Part shown: positions 35,001-49,800 of the stretch, piece by piece
Numbering within the stretch: position 1 is the first letter of the stretch
Layout: every line of letters starts with the position of its first letter
Assembly (NCBI GenBank): GCA_964016885.1
Contig: OZ024745.1
Coordinates: 186,001 to 250,000, forward strand
DNA: 64,000 nucleotides
Direction of reading: 5' to 3'
Source: Eledone cirrhosa
Lineage: Eukaryota
The notes under the pieces: model-generated
Database searches by the model: none
What the model was told of the DNA's origin: nothing
Seen by the model: the letters and a program-made list of their open reading frames with translations, nothing else
Translations under genes and position numbers: made by a program

Positions 35001-38000
35001 TGTATATACACACTATACAGATAATGTATATATACACTATACAGATAATGTATATACACACTATACAGATAATGTATATACACTATACAGATAATGTATA
35101 TACACACTATACAGATAATGTATATATACACTATACAGATAATGTATATATACACTATACAGATAATGTATATATACACTATACAGATAATGTATATATA
35201 CACTATACAGATAATGTATATATACACTATACAGATAATGTATATACACACTATACAGATAATGTATATACACACTATACAGATAATGTATATATACACT
35301 ATACAGATAATGTATATATACACTATACAGATAATGTATATATACACTATACAGATAATGTATATACACACTATACAGATAATGTATATACACACTATAC
35401 AGATAATGTATATATACACTATACAGATAATGTATATACACTATACAGATAATGTATATATACACTATACAGATAATGTATATACACTATACAGATAATG
35501 TATATATACACTATACAGATAATGTATATATACACTATACAGATAATGTATATACACACTATACAGATAATGTATATACACACTATACAGATAATGTATA
35601 TATACACTATACAGATAATGTATATATACACTATACAGATAATGTATATACACTATACAGATGATGTATATATACACTATACAGATAATGTATATATACA
35701 CTATACAGATAATGTATATACACTATACAGATAATGTATATACACTATACAGATAATGTATATATACACTATACAGATAATGTATATATACACTATACAG
35801 ATAATGTATATACACACTATACAGATAATGTATATACACACTATACAGATAATGTATATATACACTATACAGATAATGTATATATACACTATACAGATAA
35901 TGTATATACACTATACAGATAATGTATATACACTATACAGATAATGTATATATACACTATACAGATAATGTATATATACACTATACAGATAATGTATATA
36001 CACACTATACAAATAATGTATATACACTATACAGATAATGTATATATACACTATACAGATAATGTATATACACTATACAGATAATGTATATATACACTAT
36101 ACAGATAATGTATATACACTATACAGATAATGTATATACACTATACAGATAATGTATATACACTATACAGATAATGTATGTATACACTATACAGATAATG
36201 TATATACACTATACAGATAATGTATATATACACTATACAGATAATGTATATATACACTATACAGATAATGTATATACACTATACAGATAATGTATATACA
36301 CACTATACAGATAATGTATATATACACTATACAGATAATGTATATACACTATACAGATGATGTATATATACACTATACAGATAATGTATATACACTATAC
36401 AGATGATGTATATATACACTATACAGATAATGTATATACACTATACAGATAATGTATATACACACTATACAGATAATGTATATATACACTATACAGATAA
36501 TGTATATACACTATACAGATAATGTATATATACACTATACAGATAATGTATACACACTATACAGATAATGTATATACACACTATACAGATAATGTATATA
36601 CACTATACAGATAATGTATATATACACTATACAGATAATGTATATATACACTATACAGATAATGTATATACACTATACAGATAATGTATATATACACTAT
36701 ACAGATAATGTATACACACTATACAGATAATGTATATACACTATACAGATGATGTATATATACACTATACAGATAATGTATATACACTATACAGATAATG
36801 TATATACACTATACAGATGATGTATATATACACTATACAGATAATGTATACACACTATACAGATAATGTATATACACTATACAGATGATGTATATATACA
36901 CTATACAGATAATGTATATACACTATACAGATAATGTATATATACACTATACAGATAATGTATATATACACTATACAGATAATGTATATACACACTATAC
37001 AGATAATGTATATATACACTATACAGATAATGTATATACACACTATACAGATAATGTATATATACACTATACAGATAATGTGTATATACACTATACAGAT
37101 AATGTATATATACACTATACAGATAATGTATATACACTATACAGATAATGTATATATACACTATACAGATAATGTATATACACTATACAGATGATGTATA
37201 TATACACTATACAGATAATGTATATACACACTATACAGATAATGTATATACACACTATACAGATAATGTATATACACTATACAGATAATGTATATATACA
37301 CTATACAGATGATGTATATATACACTATACAGATAATGTATATACACTATACAGATAATGTATATATACACTATACAGATAATGTATATATACACTATAC
37401 AGATAATGTATATATACACTATACAGATAATGTATATACACTATACAGATAATGTATATACACTATACAGATAATGTATATATACACTATACAGATAATG
37501 TATATACACTATACAGATGATGTATATACACACTATACAGATAATGTATATACACACTATACAGATAATGTGTATATACACTATACAGATAATGTATATA
37601 TACACTATACAGATAATGTATATACACACTATACAGATAATGTATATATACACTATACAGATAATGTGTATATACACTATACAGATAATGTATATATACA
37701 CTATACAGATAATGTATATACACTATACAGATGATGTATATATACACTATACAGATAATGTATATACACTATACAGATAATGTATATATACACTATACAG
37801 ATAATGTATATATACACTATACAGATAATGTATATACACACTATACAGATAATGTATATATACACTATACAGATAATGTATATACACACTATACAGATAA
37901 TGTATATATACACTATACAGATAATGTGTATATACACTATACAGATAATGTATATATACACTATACAGATAATGTATATACACTATACAGATAATGTATA

Positions 38001-39109
38001 TACACTATACAGATAATGTATATACACTATACAGATAATGTATATATACACTATACAGATAATGTATATATACACTATACAGATAATGTATATATACACT
38101 ATACAGATAATGTATATATACACTATACAGATAATGTATATACACACTATACAGATAATGTATATATACACTATACAGATAATGTATATATACACTATAC
38201 AGATAATGTATATACACACTATACAGATAATGTATATATACACTATACAGATAATGTATATACACACTATACAGATAATGTATATACACACTATACAGAT
38301 AATGTATATACACTATACAGATAATGTATATACACTATACAGATAATGTATATATACACTATACAGATAATGTATATACACACTATACAGATAATGTATA
38401 TACACTATACAGATAATGTATATATACACTATACAGATAATGTATATACACTATACAGATAATGTATATACACTATACAGATAATGTATATATACACTAT
38501 ACAGATAATGTATATATACACTATACAGATAATGTATATACACACTATACAGATAATGTATATATACACTATACAGATAATGTATATACACTATACAGAT
38601 AATGTATATACACTATACAGATAATGTATATATACACTATACAGATAATGTATATACACACTATACAGATTATGTATATACACTATACAGATAATGTATA
38701 TACACTATACAGATAATGTATATACACACTATACAGATAATGTATATATACACTATACAGATAATGTATATATACACTATACAGATAATGTATATACACT
38801 ATACAGATAATGTATATACACACTATACAGATAATGTATATATACACTATACAGATAATGTATATACACACTATACAGATAATGTATATACACTATACAG
38901 ATAATGTATATATACACTATACAGATAATGTATATACACTATACAGATAATGTATATACACACTATACAGATAATGTATATACACTATACAGATAATGTA
39001 TATATACACTATACAGATAATGTATATACACACTATACAGATAATGTATATACACTATACAGATAATGTATATATACACTATACAGATAATGTATATACA
39101 CTATACAGA
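32020..39109 (+). repeat. Minisatellite 3: 24/22-bp AT-rich unit, ~300 copies (left part)
   Basis: Unit ACACTATACAGATAATGTATATAT, with (TA)/(CA) slippage variants. Confidence 0.99.
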
Positions 39110-39292
39110 CTAGCGTATTTTCAAACCTCAATCCCTAATTCTAGCGTATTTTCAAAACAAAAAAACAAAATCCTTTCCTTCTTCCTTCTTTCGAAACTCC
39201 CGCTTACACTCGACCCCCCCCCACCCGCTACTTCGAAGGCATGGGACGGTCAAACGCCTAACACACACAACCATCATGCGGCCACACCCCCC

Positions 39293-39332
<40 letters not shown>

Positions 39333-42300
39333 GATAGGAATTCACTTCGCCAAATTTCATTGCTTTGCTGTCTACTCCACGATATTCATGTAATGTACAT
39401 ATTCCTTTATCTCTACCTCCACAAATCCTAATTCCCCATTTCCTAATTCTAGCGTATTTTCAAAACAATCCATATTTCGTATCAAGTCCAAATAGCCATT
39501 CTATCGCTAAAACAATCTACATTTTTTGTATTTATTAATTGTTAAATACGAAAGTTTTTGGTCGTATTGAACAGAACAAATTTTGTATTTTTGTTAATCG
39601 CTTGTTAAATGCAAGGACCCCATTCAATCATTACCTTCTATCTAGCTACCCAACACCCCTCCCTCCCGCCCCCAGCTACCACCATTGCTATTACGTGGAC
39701 CAATCATAAGCCAGAGCCCCACGCATCACCAGTATTATTACGCGGACCAATCAGAAGCCAGAGGCCTATACTATCGCTTGCCTGGTTGCCTTTCGATATA
39801 TGATGGATGGATGGACTGCGGAATCCTGGAGAGTGGAGGAGAAAGAGAGAAAAATCTGGACGCTCAGCGACAATGTCAAAGATAAAGACAAATTCACCTC
39901 TTGGACGAGAATGCGAGCACTCCTCATTGTTTCGACCGCGGACGGCTAACATAACCCCATCGCCCCCCGCCCCCCACCGCCCCCAACCCCCAAACGCAAT
40001 CCAAAACTTCAGAGTTGGTACCATAAATGTAGGCACCCTAAAGGGTCGCGCTAACGAAGTTGTAGAAATGCTTGAACGTAAGGAGGTCGATGTTTGTTGT
40101 ATTCAAGAGACCAGGTGGAGGGGTGGGTCTGCTAGGTTCATTGAGGGTAAAAAACGATGTTATAAGCTTTTCTGGGTGGGAAACGACGATGGGCTGGGTG
40201 GAGTAGGAATCATGGTAGCAGAAAAGTGGGCAGATAAGATAATAGACGTAAATAGAGTGAACGACAGAATAATTAAAATACGACTTGTCCTCAATAGAAC
40301 TACGGTGACAGTAATATCTGCGTACGCACCCCAATCCGGACTGCCCGGCACTATAAAAGACAGATTCTATGAGACACTGATGCTAACTACCTCCCAAATA
40401 TCCGACAGTGACTATATAATTATCGCAGGCGACCTAAATGGTCACGTTCGACAACATTGTGACGGCTACAACGAAATCCATGGAGGCTATGGGTTTGGTA
40501 CTAGAAATGAGGAAGGCTCCAGAATCCTGGAATTCTGTGATGCAAATAACCTAACTATCTGTAACACTAACTTCGAAAAACGTGACAATCACCTGATCAC
40601 CTATAGATCCGGGGAACACACAAGCCAGGTAGATTATATCCTTACCAGAAGACGTGACAGAGTGTCTGTTGTAAACACTAAATCCCTCCCCCATGAAGAA
40701 TGCACCTCCCAACATAGACTGATAATTAGCGACCTCATAGTCAGGACGAGACGTACTCGACAGCAGAAGAGGACTATCCTCAGGAGAAAAATATGGAAGC
40801 TAAAGGACCCCACAGCCAGGAATAAATTTCAAAGCATATTACTTGATGCTTTCGACAGTAAGGAAGAACATTTAGAGTCGGACAATATAGAGGGACAGTG
40901 GGAATTTCTGAAAGCAAACCTGCTGTTGGCGACAGACGAAGTCTGTGGCTGGAGCAGGCCTGTAGGCAGGAGGAGAGTAACATGGTGGTGGAACAGTAAG
41001 GTGGAGGGGTCAATTAAGGCCAAAAAGCAGGCTTGGAAAGTATGGCGGGATGGGGGAAGTAGAGAAGACTATCAAGTGGCCAGGAGGGAAGCTAGGAGAC
41101 AAGTGTACTTAGCAAGAAGGGAAGCTGAGGAAAGAAAGTTCAAGCATGTTCTACAACGCGATGACCAAAAACGTGAGGTGTTCAGTATTGCTAGGCAATG
41201 CGTCAAGGAAAACCGTGATATTGTCGAGGAGAAGTGTGTACTAAACGACGATGGCACACTTGCCATCACCGACGCTGATAAGAAGGTAGCTTGCAAGTGT
41301 CACTATGAAAGGCTACTAAATGAGGAGAATAAATGGGAGAAAGACAGTCTCCCCCATATCGACCCAATAGAGGGACCAGCAGTGTTAGTCGAGGGGAGTA
41401 TAATAAGTAAGGCAATCAAGGATATGAAGACGGGTAAGGCGGCTGGGCCTTCGGAAATAGTTGCTGAGATGCTGAAGGCATCTGGCACGGTGGGACACAC
41501 CATGGTCACCCGCATAGTTAACCAAGTCGTACAGAATGGGGTTGTTCCGAAGGACTGGCATAGCAGCATCATCGTTAACTGTTATAAGGGTAAAGGAGAC
41601 GCTCTAGATAGGAGTAACTATAGAGGCATTAAATTAATCGACCAGGTCATGAAGGTCACGGAAAAAGTAATAGCGCAACTAATCAGAGAGAGAATTGACC
41701 TAGATGAAATGCAGTTCGGGTTTGTGTCAGGCAAAAGTACCACAGACGCTCTTTTCATAGTACGACAACTACAGGAGAAGTACCTAGCTAAAGGTAAACC
41801 CCTCTACTTAGCTTTTGTCGAGTTGGAGAAAGCCTTCGACAGAGTCCCCCGCTCCATTATCTGCTGGGCTCTTAGAAAACTAGGCGTTGACGAATGGCTT
41901 GTGAGGGCTATACAAGCCATGTATAAAAAAACAGTCAGCAAGGTTAGAATTAACAACGAATATAGTGAAGAGTTTAGCGTAAAAGTTGGCGTCCATCAGG
42001 GCTCTGTTCTCAGCCCCCTACTATTTATTATTGCCCTTCAGGCTATAACAGAGGAGTTCAAGACAGGCTGCCCATGGGAACTCCTATACGCAGACGACCT
42101 GACACTCATAGCGGAATCAATGGCCGAGCTAGAGAAGAAATTCCAAACATGGAAGCACGGCCTAGAGTCAAAAGGACTTAAAATTAACCTAGCTAAGACC
42201 AAAGTACTAGTTTGTAGGAAAGAAAACAAGGCGGCGGTCCCTTCTGGGAAATGGTCGTGCTCGGTGTGTAGGAAAGGCGTAGGTAGAAACTCCATTTTAT

Positions 42301-43433
42301 GTCCTAAATGCAAAGTATGGGTGCATAAAAGATGTAGTGGGATCACAGGTAAGCTAACTAAGAACATAGATTTTACATGTGGCCGGTGTTCTGGTGCAAT
42401 AAGTAGCAGCAAGTGCCCACAAATACTAGCTCTTTCAATTGCGCAGAGGGTTCTATAGAAATAGTGGACAGCTTCCGTTACCTGGGCGATAAAATCAGCA
42501 GTGGGGGAGGGTGCTCTGAAAGTACTGTAGCTAGAGTCAGAACTGGTTGGAAAAAGTTCAGAGAGCTTATACCACTATTAGCTGCTAAAGGGTTCTCCCT
42601 AAAAATGAAAGGCAGGTTGTACGATGCCTGCATACGAACAGCAATGCTGCATGGCAGTGAGACCTGGGCATTGTGTGCAGAGGATATACGCAGACTAGAG
42701 AGGAACGAAGCTTGCATGCTCCGCTGGATGTGTAACAGTAATATACGTGAACGGCAAAGCATAAACGAACTAAGGAAAAAATTAGAGATAAGAGGGATCA
42801 GATGTTGTTTACTCGAGAGAAGGCTACGTTGGTATGGACACGTGATGCGCATGAAAGTCGATAGCTGTATAACAAAGTGCAGGGCAATAAAGATAGACGG
42901 TAACCACGGAATAGGCAGACCTAGAAAAACCTGGGACGAGCTGATAAACTCCGACATCACACACTTACACCTCTCCAAGACAATGTCACTGGACCGAGAC
43001 CTTTGGCGGTACTCAGTAACAGAGAAGACCCGCCTTACCTAAATATATAGTAAAACCTACTCCAGCCAGTAGGCATCTCTAACAAAATACACCCCGTCCC
43101 ACCACCACCACCCCCACCCCATCCACACCACCCCGTTCTATGTAAAGTTATGTTGGTGCCGCGCCATCGGGGCCGAAACAAATGAGATCGTGTAGGTGTC
43201 ACGACAAAAAAACACACAGTCCACGCTGTAATGTGGCCGTGTAGGCAACACGGTAAAAACCTCCCAGACCCACACTGTAAATGTGGTTGGTGTTAGGAAG
43301 GGCATCCAACTGTAGAAAACCTGCCAGACAGTCCTATGCGAGCAAGACAATCACTCTTGCCTCAAGTGGGACTACCCCCGTCCAAACCCATGCACGCGTG
43401 GAACACGGACGTTAAACGTTGATGATGATGATG
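39110..43433 (+). mobile_element. Full-length or near full-length RTE copy C inserted in minisatellite 3
   Basis: The 5' junction follows ATACACTATACAGA (39096-39109), and the same 14-mer follows the (GAT)n tail (43434-43447). TSD length is ambiguous because the target is repetitive. The body is closely similar to copy B. Confidence 0.95.
39807..43042 (+). pseudogene. RTE ORF of copy C, broken by a 1-bp frameshift near 42420 and with D-to-E in RT motif A
   Basis: ORFs 39807-42458 and 42413-43042. CCCACAAATACT versus CCCACAAAATACT in copy B. FVELEKAFD versus FVDLEKAFD. Confidence 0.92.
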
Positions 43434-43825
43434 ATACACTATACAGATAATGTATATATACACTATACAGATAATGTATATATACACTATACAGATAATG
43501 TATATATACACTATACAGATAATGTATATATACACTATACAGATAATGTATATATACACTATACAGATAATGTATATACACACTATACAGATAATGTATA
43601 TATACACTATACAGATAATGTATATATACACTATACAGATAATGTATATATACACTATACAGATAATGTATATACACTATACAGATAATGTATATATACA
43701 CTATACAGATAATGTATATATACACTATACAGATAATGTATATATACACTATACAGATAATGTATATATACACTATACAGATAATGTATATACACTATAC
43801 AGATAGTGTATATATACACTATACA
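43434..43825 (+). repeat. Minisatellite 3, right part (~16 copies)
   Basis: The same 24/22-bp unit resumes directly after the RTE tail. Confidence 0.98.
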
Positions 43826-43896
43826 AGAGATTGAACCCATAACCAACAGACTAATGCATTTAAGACTATGTTTATTGTCTATAATATTATACATAT

Positions 43897-46800
43897 GTCA
43901 TGTCTGATACAGTGGTAGTGTCATGTCTGATGCAGTGGTAGTGTCATGTCTGATGCAGTGGTGGTGTCATGTCTGATGCAGTGGTAGTGTCATGTCTGAT
44001 GCAGTGGTAGTGTCATGTCTGATGCAGTGGTAGTGTCATGTCTGATGCAGTGGTAGTGTCATGTCTGATGCAGTGGTGGTGTCATGTCTGATGCAGTGGT
44101 GGTGTCATGTCTGATACAGTGGTAGTGTCATGTCTGATGCAGTGGTGGTGTCATGTCTGATGCAGTGGTGGTGTCATGTCTGATGCAGTGGTGGTGTCAT
44201 GTCTGATGCAGTGGTAGTGTCATGTCTGATGCAGTGGTAGTGTCATGTCTGATGCAGTGGTAGTGTCATGTCCGATGCAGTGGTAGTGTCATGTCCGATG
44301 CAGTGGTGGTGTCATGTCTGATACAGTGGTGGTGTCATGTCTGATACAGTGGTGGTGTCATGTCTGATGCAGTGGTGGTGTCATGTATGATGCAATGGTG
44401 GTGTCATGTCTGATGCAGTGGTAGTGTCATGTCCGATGCAGTGGTGGTGTCATGTCCGATGCAGTGGTGGTGTCATGTCCGATGCAGTGGTAGTGTCATG
44501 TCTGATACAGTGGTAGTGTCATGTCTGATACAGTGGTAGTGTCATGTCTGATGCAGTGGTAGTGTCATGTCTGATACAGTGGTGGTGTCATGTCTGATAC
44601 AGTGGTGGTGTCATGTCTGATACAGTGGTGGTGTCATGTCTGATACAGTGGTGGTGTCATGTCTGATACAGTGGTGGTGTCATGTCTGATACAGTGGTGG
44701 TGTCATGTCTGATGCAGTGGTAGTGTCATGTCTGATGCAGTGGTAGTGTCATGTCTGATGCAGTGGTGGTGTCATGTCTGATGCAGTGGTGGTGTCATGT
44801 CTGATACAGTGGTAATGTCATGTCCGATGCAGTGGTGGTGTCATGTCCGATGCAGTGGTGGTGTCATGTCCGATGCAGTGGTGGTGTCATGTCTGATACA
44901 GTGGTGGTGTCATGTCTGATACAGTGGTGGTGTCATGTCTGATACAGTGGTGGTGTCATGTCCGATGCAGTGGTAGTGTCATGTCTGATACAGTGGTGGT
45001 GTCATGTCCGATGCAGTGGTGGTGTCATGTCTGATGCAGTGGTGGTGTCATGTCTGATGCAGTGGTAGTGTCATGTCCGATGCAGTGGTGGTGTCATGTA
45101 TGATGCAATGGTGGTGTCATGTCTGATACAGTGGTGGTGTCATGTCCGATGCAGTGGTGGTGTCATGTCCGATGCAGTGGTAGTGTCATGTCTGATACAG
45201 TGGTAGTGTCATGTCTGATACAGTGGTAGTGTCATGTCTGATGCAGTGGTAGTGTCATGTCCGATGCAGTGGTAGTGTCATGTCTGATGCAGTGGTAGTG
45301 TCATGTCCGATGCAGTGGTGGTGTCATGTCTGATACATTGGTGGTGTCATGTCTGATACAGTGGTGGTGTCATGTCTGATACAGTGGTAGTGTCATGTCT
45401 GATGCAGTGGTAGTGTCATGTCTGATGCAGTGGTAGTGTCATGTCCGATGCAGTGGTAGTGTCATGTCCGATGCAGTGGTGGTGTCATGTCTGATACAGT
45501 GGTAGTGTCATGTCTGATACAGTGGTAGTGTCATGTCTGATACAGTGGTAGTGTCATGTCTGATACAGTGGTAGTGTCATGTCTGATGCAGTGGTAGTGT
45601 CATGTCTGATACATTGGTGGTGTCATGTCTGATACAGTGGTGGTGTCATGTCTGATACAGTGGTGGTGTCATGGCTGATACAGTGGTGGTGTCATGTCTG
45701 ATACAGTGGTAGTGTCATGTCTGATGCAGTGGTGGTGTCATGTCTGATACAGTGGTAGTGTCATGTCCGATGCAGTGGTGGTGTCATGTCCGATACAGTG
45801 GTAGTGTCATGTCCGATACAGTGGTAGTGTCATGTCTGATGCAGTGGTGGTGTCATGTCTGATACAGTGGTGGTGTCATGTCTGATGCAGTGGTGGTGTC
45901 ATGTCTGATACAGTGGTAGTGTCATGTCTGATGCAGTGGTGGTGTCATGTCTGATGCAGTGGTGGTGTCATGTCTGATGCAGTGGTAGTGTCATGTCTGA
46001 TACAGTGGTGGTGTCATGTCTGATACAGTGGTGGTGTCATGTCTGATACAGTGGTGGTGTCATGTCTGATACAGTGGTGATGTCATGTCTGATACAGTGG
46101 TGGTGTCACGTCTGATACAGTGGTAGTGTCATGTCTGATGCAGTGGTAGTGTCATGTCCGATGCAGTGGTGGTGTCATGTCCGATGCAGTGGTGGTGTCA
46201 TGTCTGATGCAGTGGTAGTGTCATGTCTGATACAGTGGTAGTATCATGTCCGATACAGTGGTAGTGTCATGTCTGATGCAGTGGTGGTGTCATGTCTGAT
46301 ACAGTGGTGGTGTCATGTCTGATGCAGTGGTGGTGTCATGTCTGATACAGTGGTAGTGTCATGTCTGATGCAGTGGTGGTGTCATGTCTGATGCAGTGGT
46401 GGTGTCATGTCTGATGCAGTGGTAGTGTCATGTCTGATACAGTGGTAGTGTCATGTCTGATACAGTGGTAGTGTCATGTCTGATACAGTGGTAGTGTCAT
46501 GTCTGATACAGTGGTAGTGTCATGTCTGATGCAGTGGTAGTGTCATGTCTGATACAGTGGTGGTGTCATGTCTGATACAGTGGTAGTGTCATGTCTGATG
46601 CAGTGGTAGTGTCATGTCTGATGCAGTGGTAGTGTCATGTCTGATGCAGTGGTAGTGTCATGTCCGATGCAGTGGTGGTGTCATGTCTGATGCAGTGGTA
46701 GTGTCATGTCTGATGCAGTGGTGGTGTCATGTCTGATGCAGTGGTGGTGTCATGTCTGATACAGTGGTGGTGTCATGTCTGATACAGTGGTAGTGTCATG

Positions 46801-49800
46801 TCTGATACAGTGGTCGTGTCATGTCTGATACAGTGGTGGTGTCATGTCTGATACAGTGGTGGTGTCATGTCTGATACAGTGGTAGTGTCATGTCTGATAC
46901 AGTGGTAGTGTCATGTCTGATACAGTGGTGGGGTCATGTCTGATACAGTGGTGGGGTCATGTCTGATACAGTGGTAGTGTCATGTCTGATACAGTGGTAG
47001 TGTCATGTCTGATACAGTGGTAGTGTCATGTCTGATGCAGTGGTAGTGTCATGTCTGATGCAGTGGTGGTGTCATGTCTGATGCAGTGGTGGTGTCATGT
47101 CTGATGCAGTGGTGGTGTCATGTCTGATGCAGTGGTGGTGTCATGTCTGATGCAGTGGTGGTGTCATGTCTGATGCAGTGGTAGTGTCATGTCTGATGCA
47201 GTGGTAGTGTCATGTCTGATGCAGTGGTAGTGTCATGTCTGATACAGTGGTAGTGTCATGTCTGATACAGTGGTAGTGTCATGTCTGATACAGTGGTAGT
47301 GTCATGTCTGATAGTGGTAGTGTCATGCTTGATGCAGTGGTGGTGTCATGTCTGATGCAGTGGTAGTGTCATGTCTGATACAGTGGTAGTGTCATGTCCA
47401 ATACAGTGGTGGTGTCATGTCTGATGCAGTGGTAGTGTCATGTCTGATACAGTGGTAGTGTCATGTCTGATACAGTGGTGGTGTCATGTCTGACACAGTG
47501 GTAGTGACATGTCTGATACAGTGGTCGTGTCATGTCTGATACAGTGGTGGTGTCATGTCTGATACAGTGGTGGTGTCATGTCTGATGCAGTGGTGGTGTC
47601 ATGTCTGATACAGTGGTGGTGTCATGTATGATGCAGTGGTGGTGTCATGTCTGATACAGTGGTAGTGTCATGTCTGATGCAGTGGTGGTGTCATGTCTGA
47701 TACAGTGGTGGTGTCATGTCTGATACAGTGGTAGTGTTATGTCTGATACAGTGGTGGTGTCATGTCTGATACAGTGGTGGTGTCATGTCTGATGCAGTGG
47801 TAGTGTCATGTCTGATACAGTGGTAGTGTCATGTCTGATACAGTGTCATGTCTGATACAGTGGTGGTGTCATGTCTGATACAGTGGTAGTATCATGTCTG
47901 ATACAGTGGTAGTGTCATGTCTGATACAGTGGTGGTGTCATGTCTGATACAGTGGTGGTGTCATGTCTGATGCAGTGGTGGTGTCATGTCTGATGCAGTG
48001 GTGGTGTCATGTCTGATGCAGTGGTAGTGTCATGTTTGATGCAGTGGTGGTGTCATGTCTGATGCAGTGGTGGTGTCATGTCTGATACAGTGGTAGTGTC
48101 ATGTCTGATACAGTGGTAGTGTCATGTCTGATACAGTGGTGGTGTCATGTCTGATACAGTGGAGGTGTCATGTCTGATACAGTGGTAGTGTCATGTCTGA
48201 TACAGTGGTAGTGTCATGTCTGATACAGTGGTAGTGTCATGTCTGATACAGTGGTAGTGTCATGTCTGATACAGTGGTGGTGTCATGTCTGATGCAGTGG
48301 TGGTGTCATGTCTGATACAGTGGTAGTGTCATGTCTGATACAGTGGTAGTGTCATGTCTGATACAGTGGTGGTGTCATGTCTGATACAGTGGAGGTGTCA
48401 TGTCTGATACAGTGGTAGTGTCATGTCTGATACAGTGGTAGTGTCATGTCTGATACAGTGGTAGTGTCATGTCTGATAAAGTGGTAGTGTCATGTCTGAT
48501 GCAGTGAAGGTGTCATGTCTGATACAGTGGTGGTGTCATGTCTGACAGTGGTAGTGTCATGTCTGATACAGTGGTGGTGTCATGTCTGATGCAGTGGTGG
48601 TCTCATGTCTGATACAGTCGTGGTGTCATGTCTGACAGTGGTAGTGTCATGTCTGACAGTGGTGGTGTCATGTCTGATGCAGTGGTGGTGTCATGTCTGA
48701 TGCAGTGGTGGTGTCATGTCTGATGCAGTGGTGGTGTCATGTCTGATGCAGTGGTGGTGTCATGTTTGATACAGTGGTGGTGTCATGTCTGATACAGTGG
48801 TAGTGTCATGTCTGATACAGTGGTGGTGTCATGCCTGATACAGTGGTAGTGTCATGTCTGATACAGTGGTAGTGTCATGTCTGATACAGTGGTGGGGTCA
48901 TGTCTGATACAGTGGTGGGGTCATGTCTGATACAGTGGTAGTGTCATGTCTGATACAGTGGTAGTGTCATGTCTGATACAGTGGTAGTGTCATGTCTGAT
49001 GCAGTGGTAGTGTCATGTCTGATGCAGTGGTGGTGTCATGTCTGATGCAGTGGTGGTGTCATGTCTGATGCAGTGGTGGTGTCATGTCTGATGCAGTGGT
49101 GGTGTCATGTCTGATGCAGTGGTGGTGTCATGTCTGATGCAGTGGTGGTGTCATGTCTGATGCAGTGGTAGTGTCATGTCTGATGCAGTGGTAGTGTCAT
49201 GTCTGATACAGTGGTAGTGTCATGTCTGATACAGTGGTAGTGTCATGTCTGATACAGTGGTAGTGTCATGCTTGATGCAGTGGTGGTGTCATGTCTGATG
49301 CAGTGGTGGTGTCATGTCTGATGCAGTGGTAGTGTCATGTCTGATGCAGTGGTAGTGTCATGTCTGATACAGTGGTAGTGTCATGTCTGATACAGTGGTA
49401 GTGTCATGTCTGATAGTGGTAGTGTCATGCTTGATGCAGTGGTGGTGTCATGTCTGATGCAGTGGTAGTGTCATGTCTGATACAGTGGTAGTGTCATGTC
49501 CAATACAGTGGTGGTGTCATGTCTGATGCAGTGGTAGTGTCATGTCTGATACAGTGGTAGTGTCATGTCTGATACAGTGGTGGTGTCATGTCTGACACAG
49601 TGGTAGTGACATGTCTGATACAGTGGTCGTGTCATGTCTGATACAGTGGTGGTGTCATGTCTGATACAGTGGTGGTGTCATGTCTGATGCAGTGGTAGTG
49701 TCATGTCTGATACAGTGGTAGTGTCATGTCTGATACAGTGGTAGTGTCATGTCTGATACAGTGGTGGTGTCATGTCTGATACAGTGGTGGTGTCATGTCT

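Noticed and set aside
32355-39109. Dozens of repetitive ORFs (YIHYTDNV, IYIICIV), and similar ORFs in minisatellites 1, 2 and 4
   Set aside because: These are artefacts of stop-free repeat units. They appear on both strands and are broken by 2-bp unit variants.
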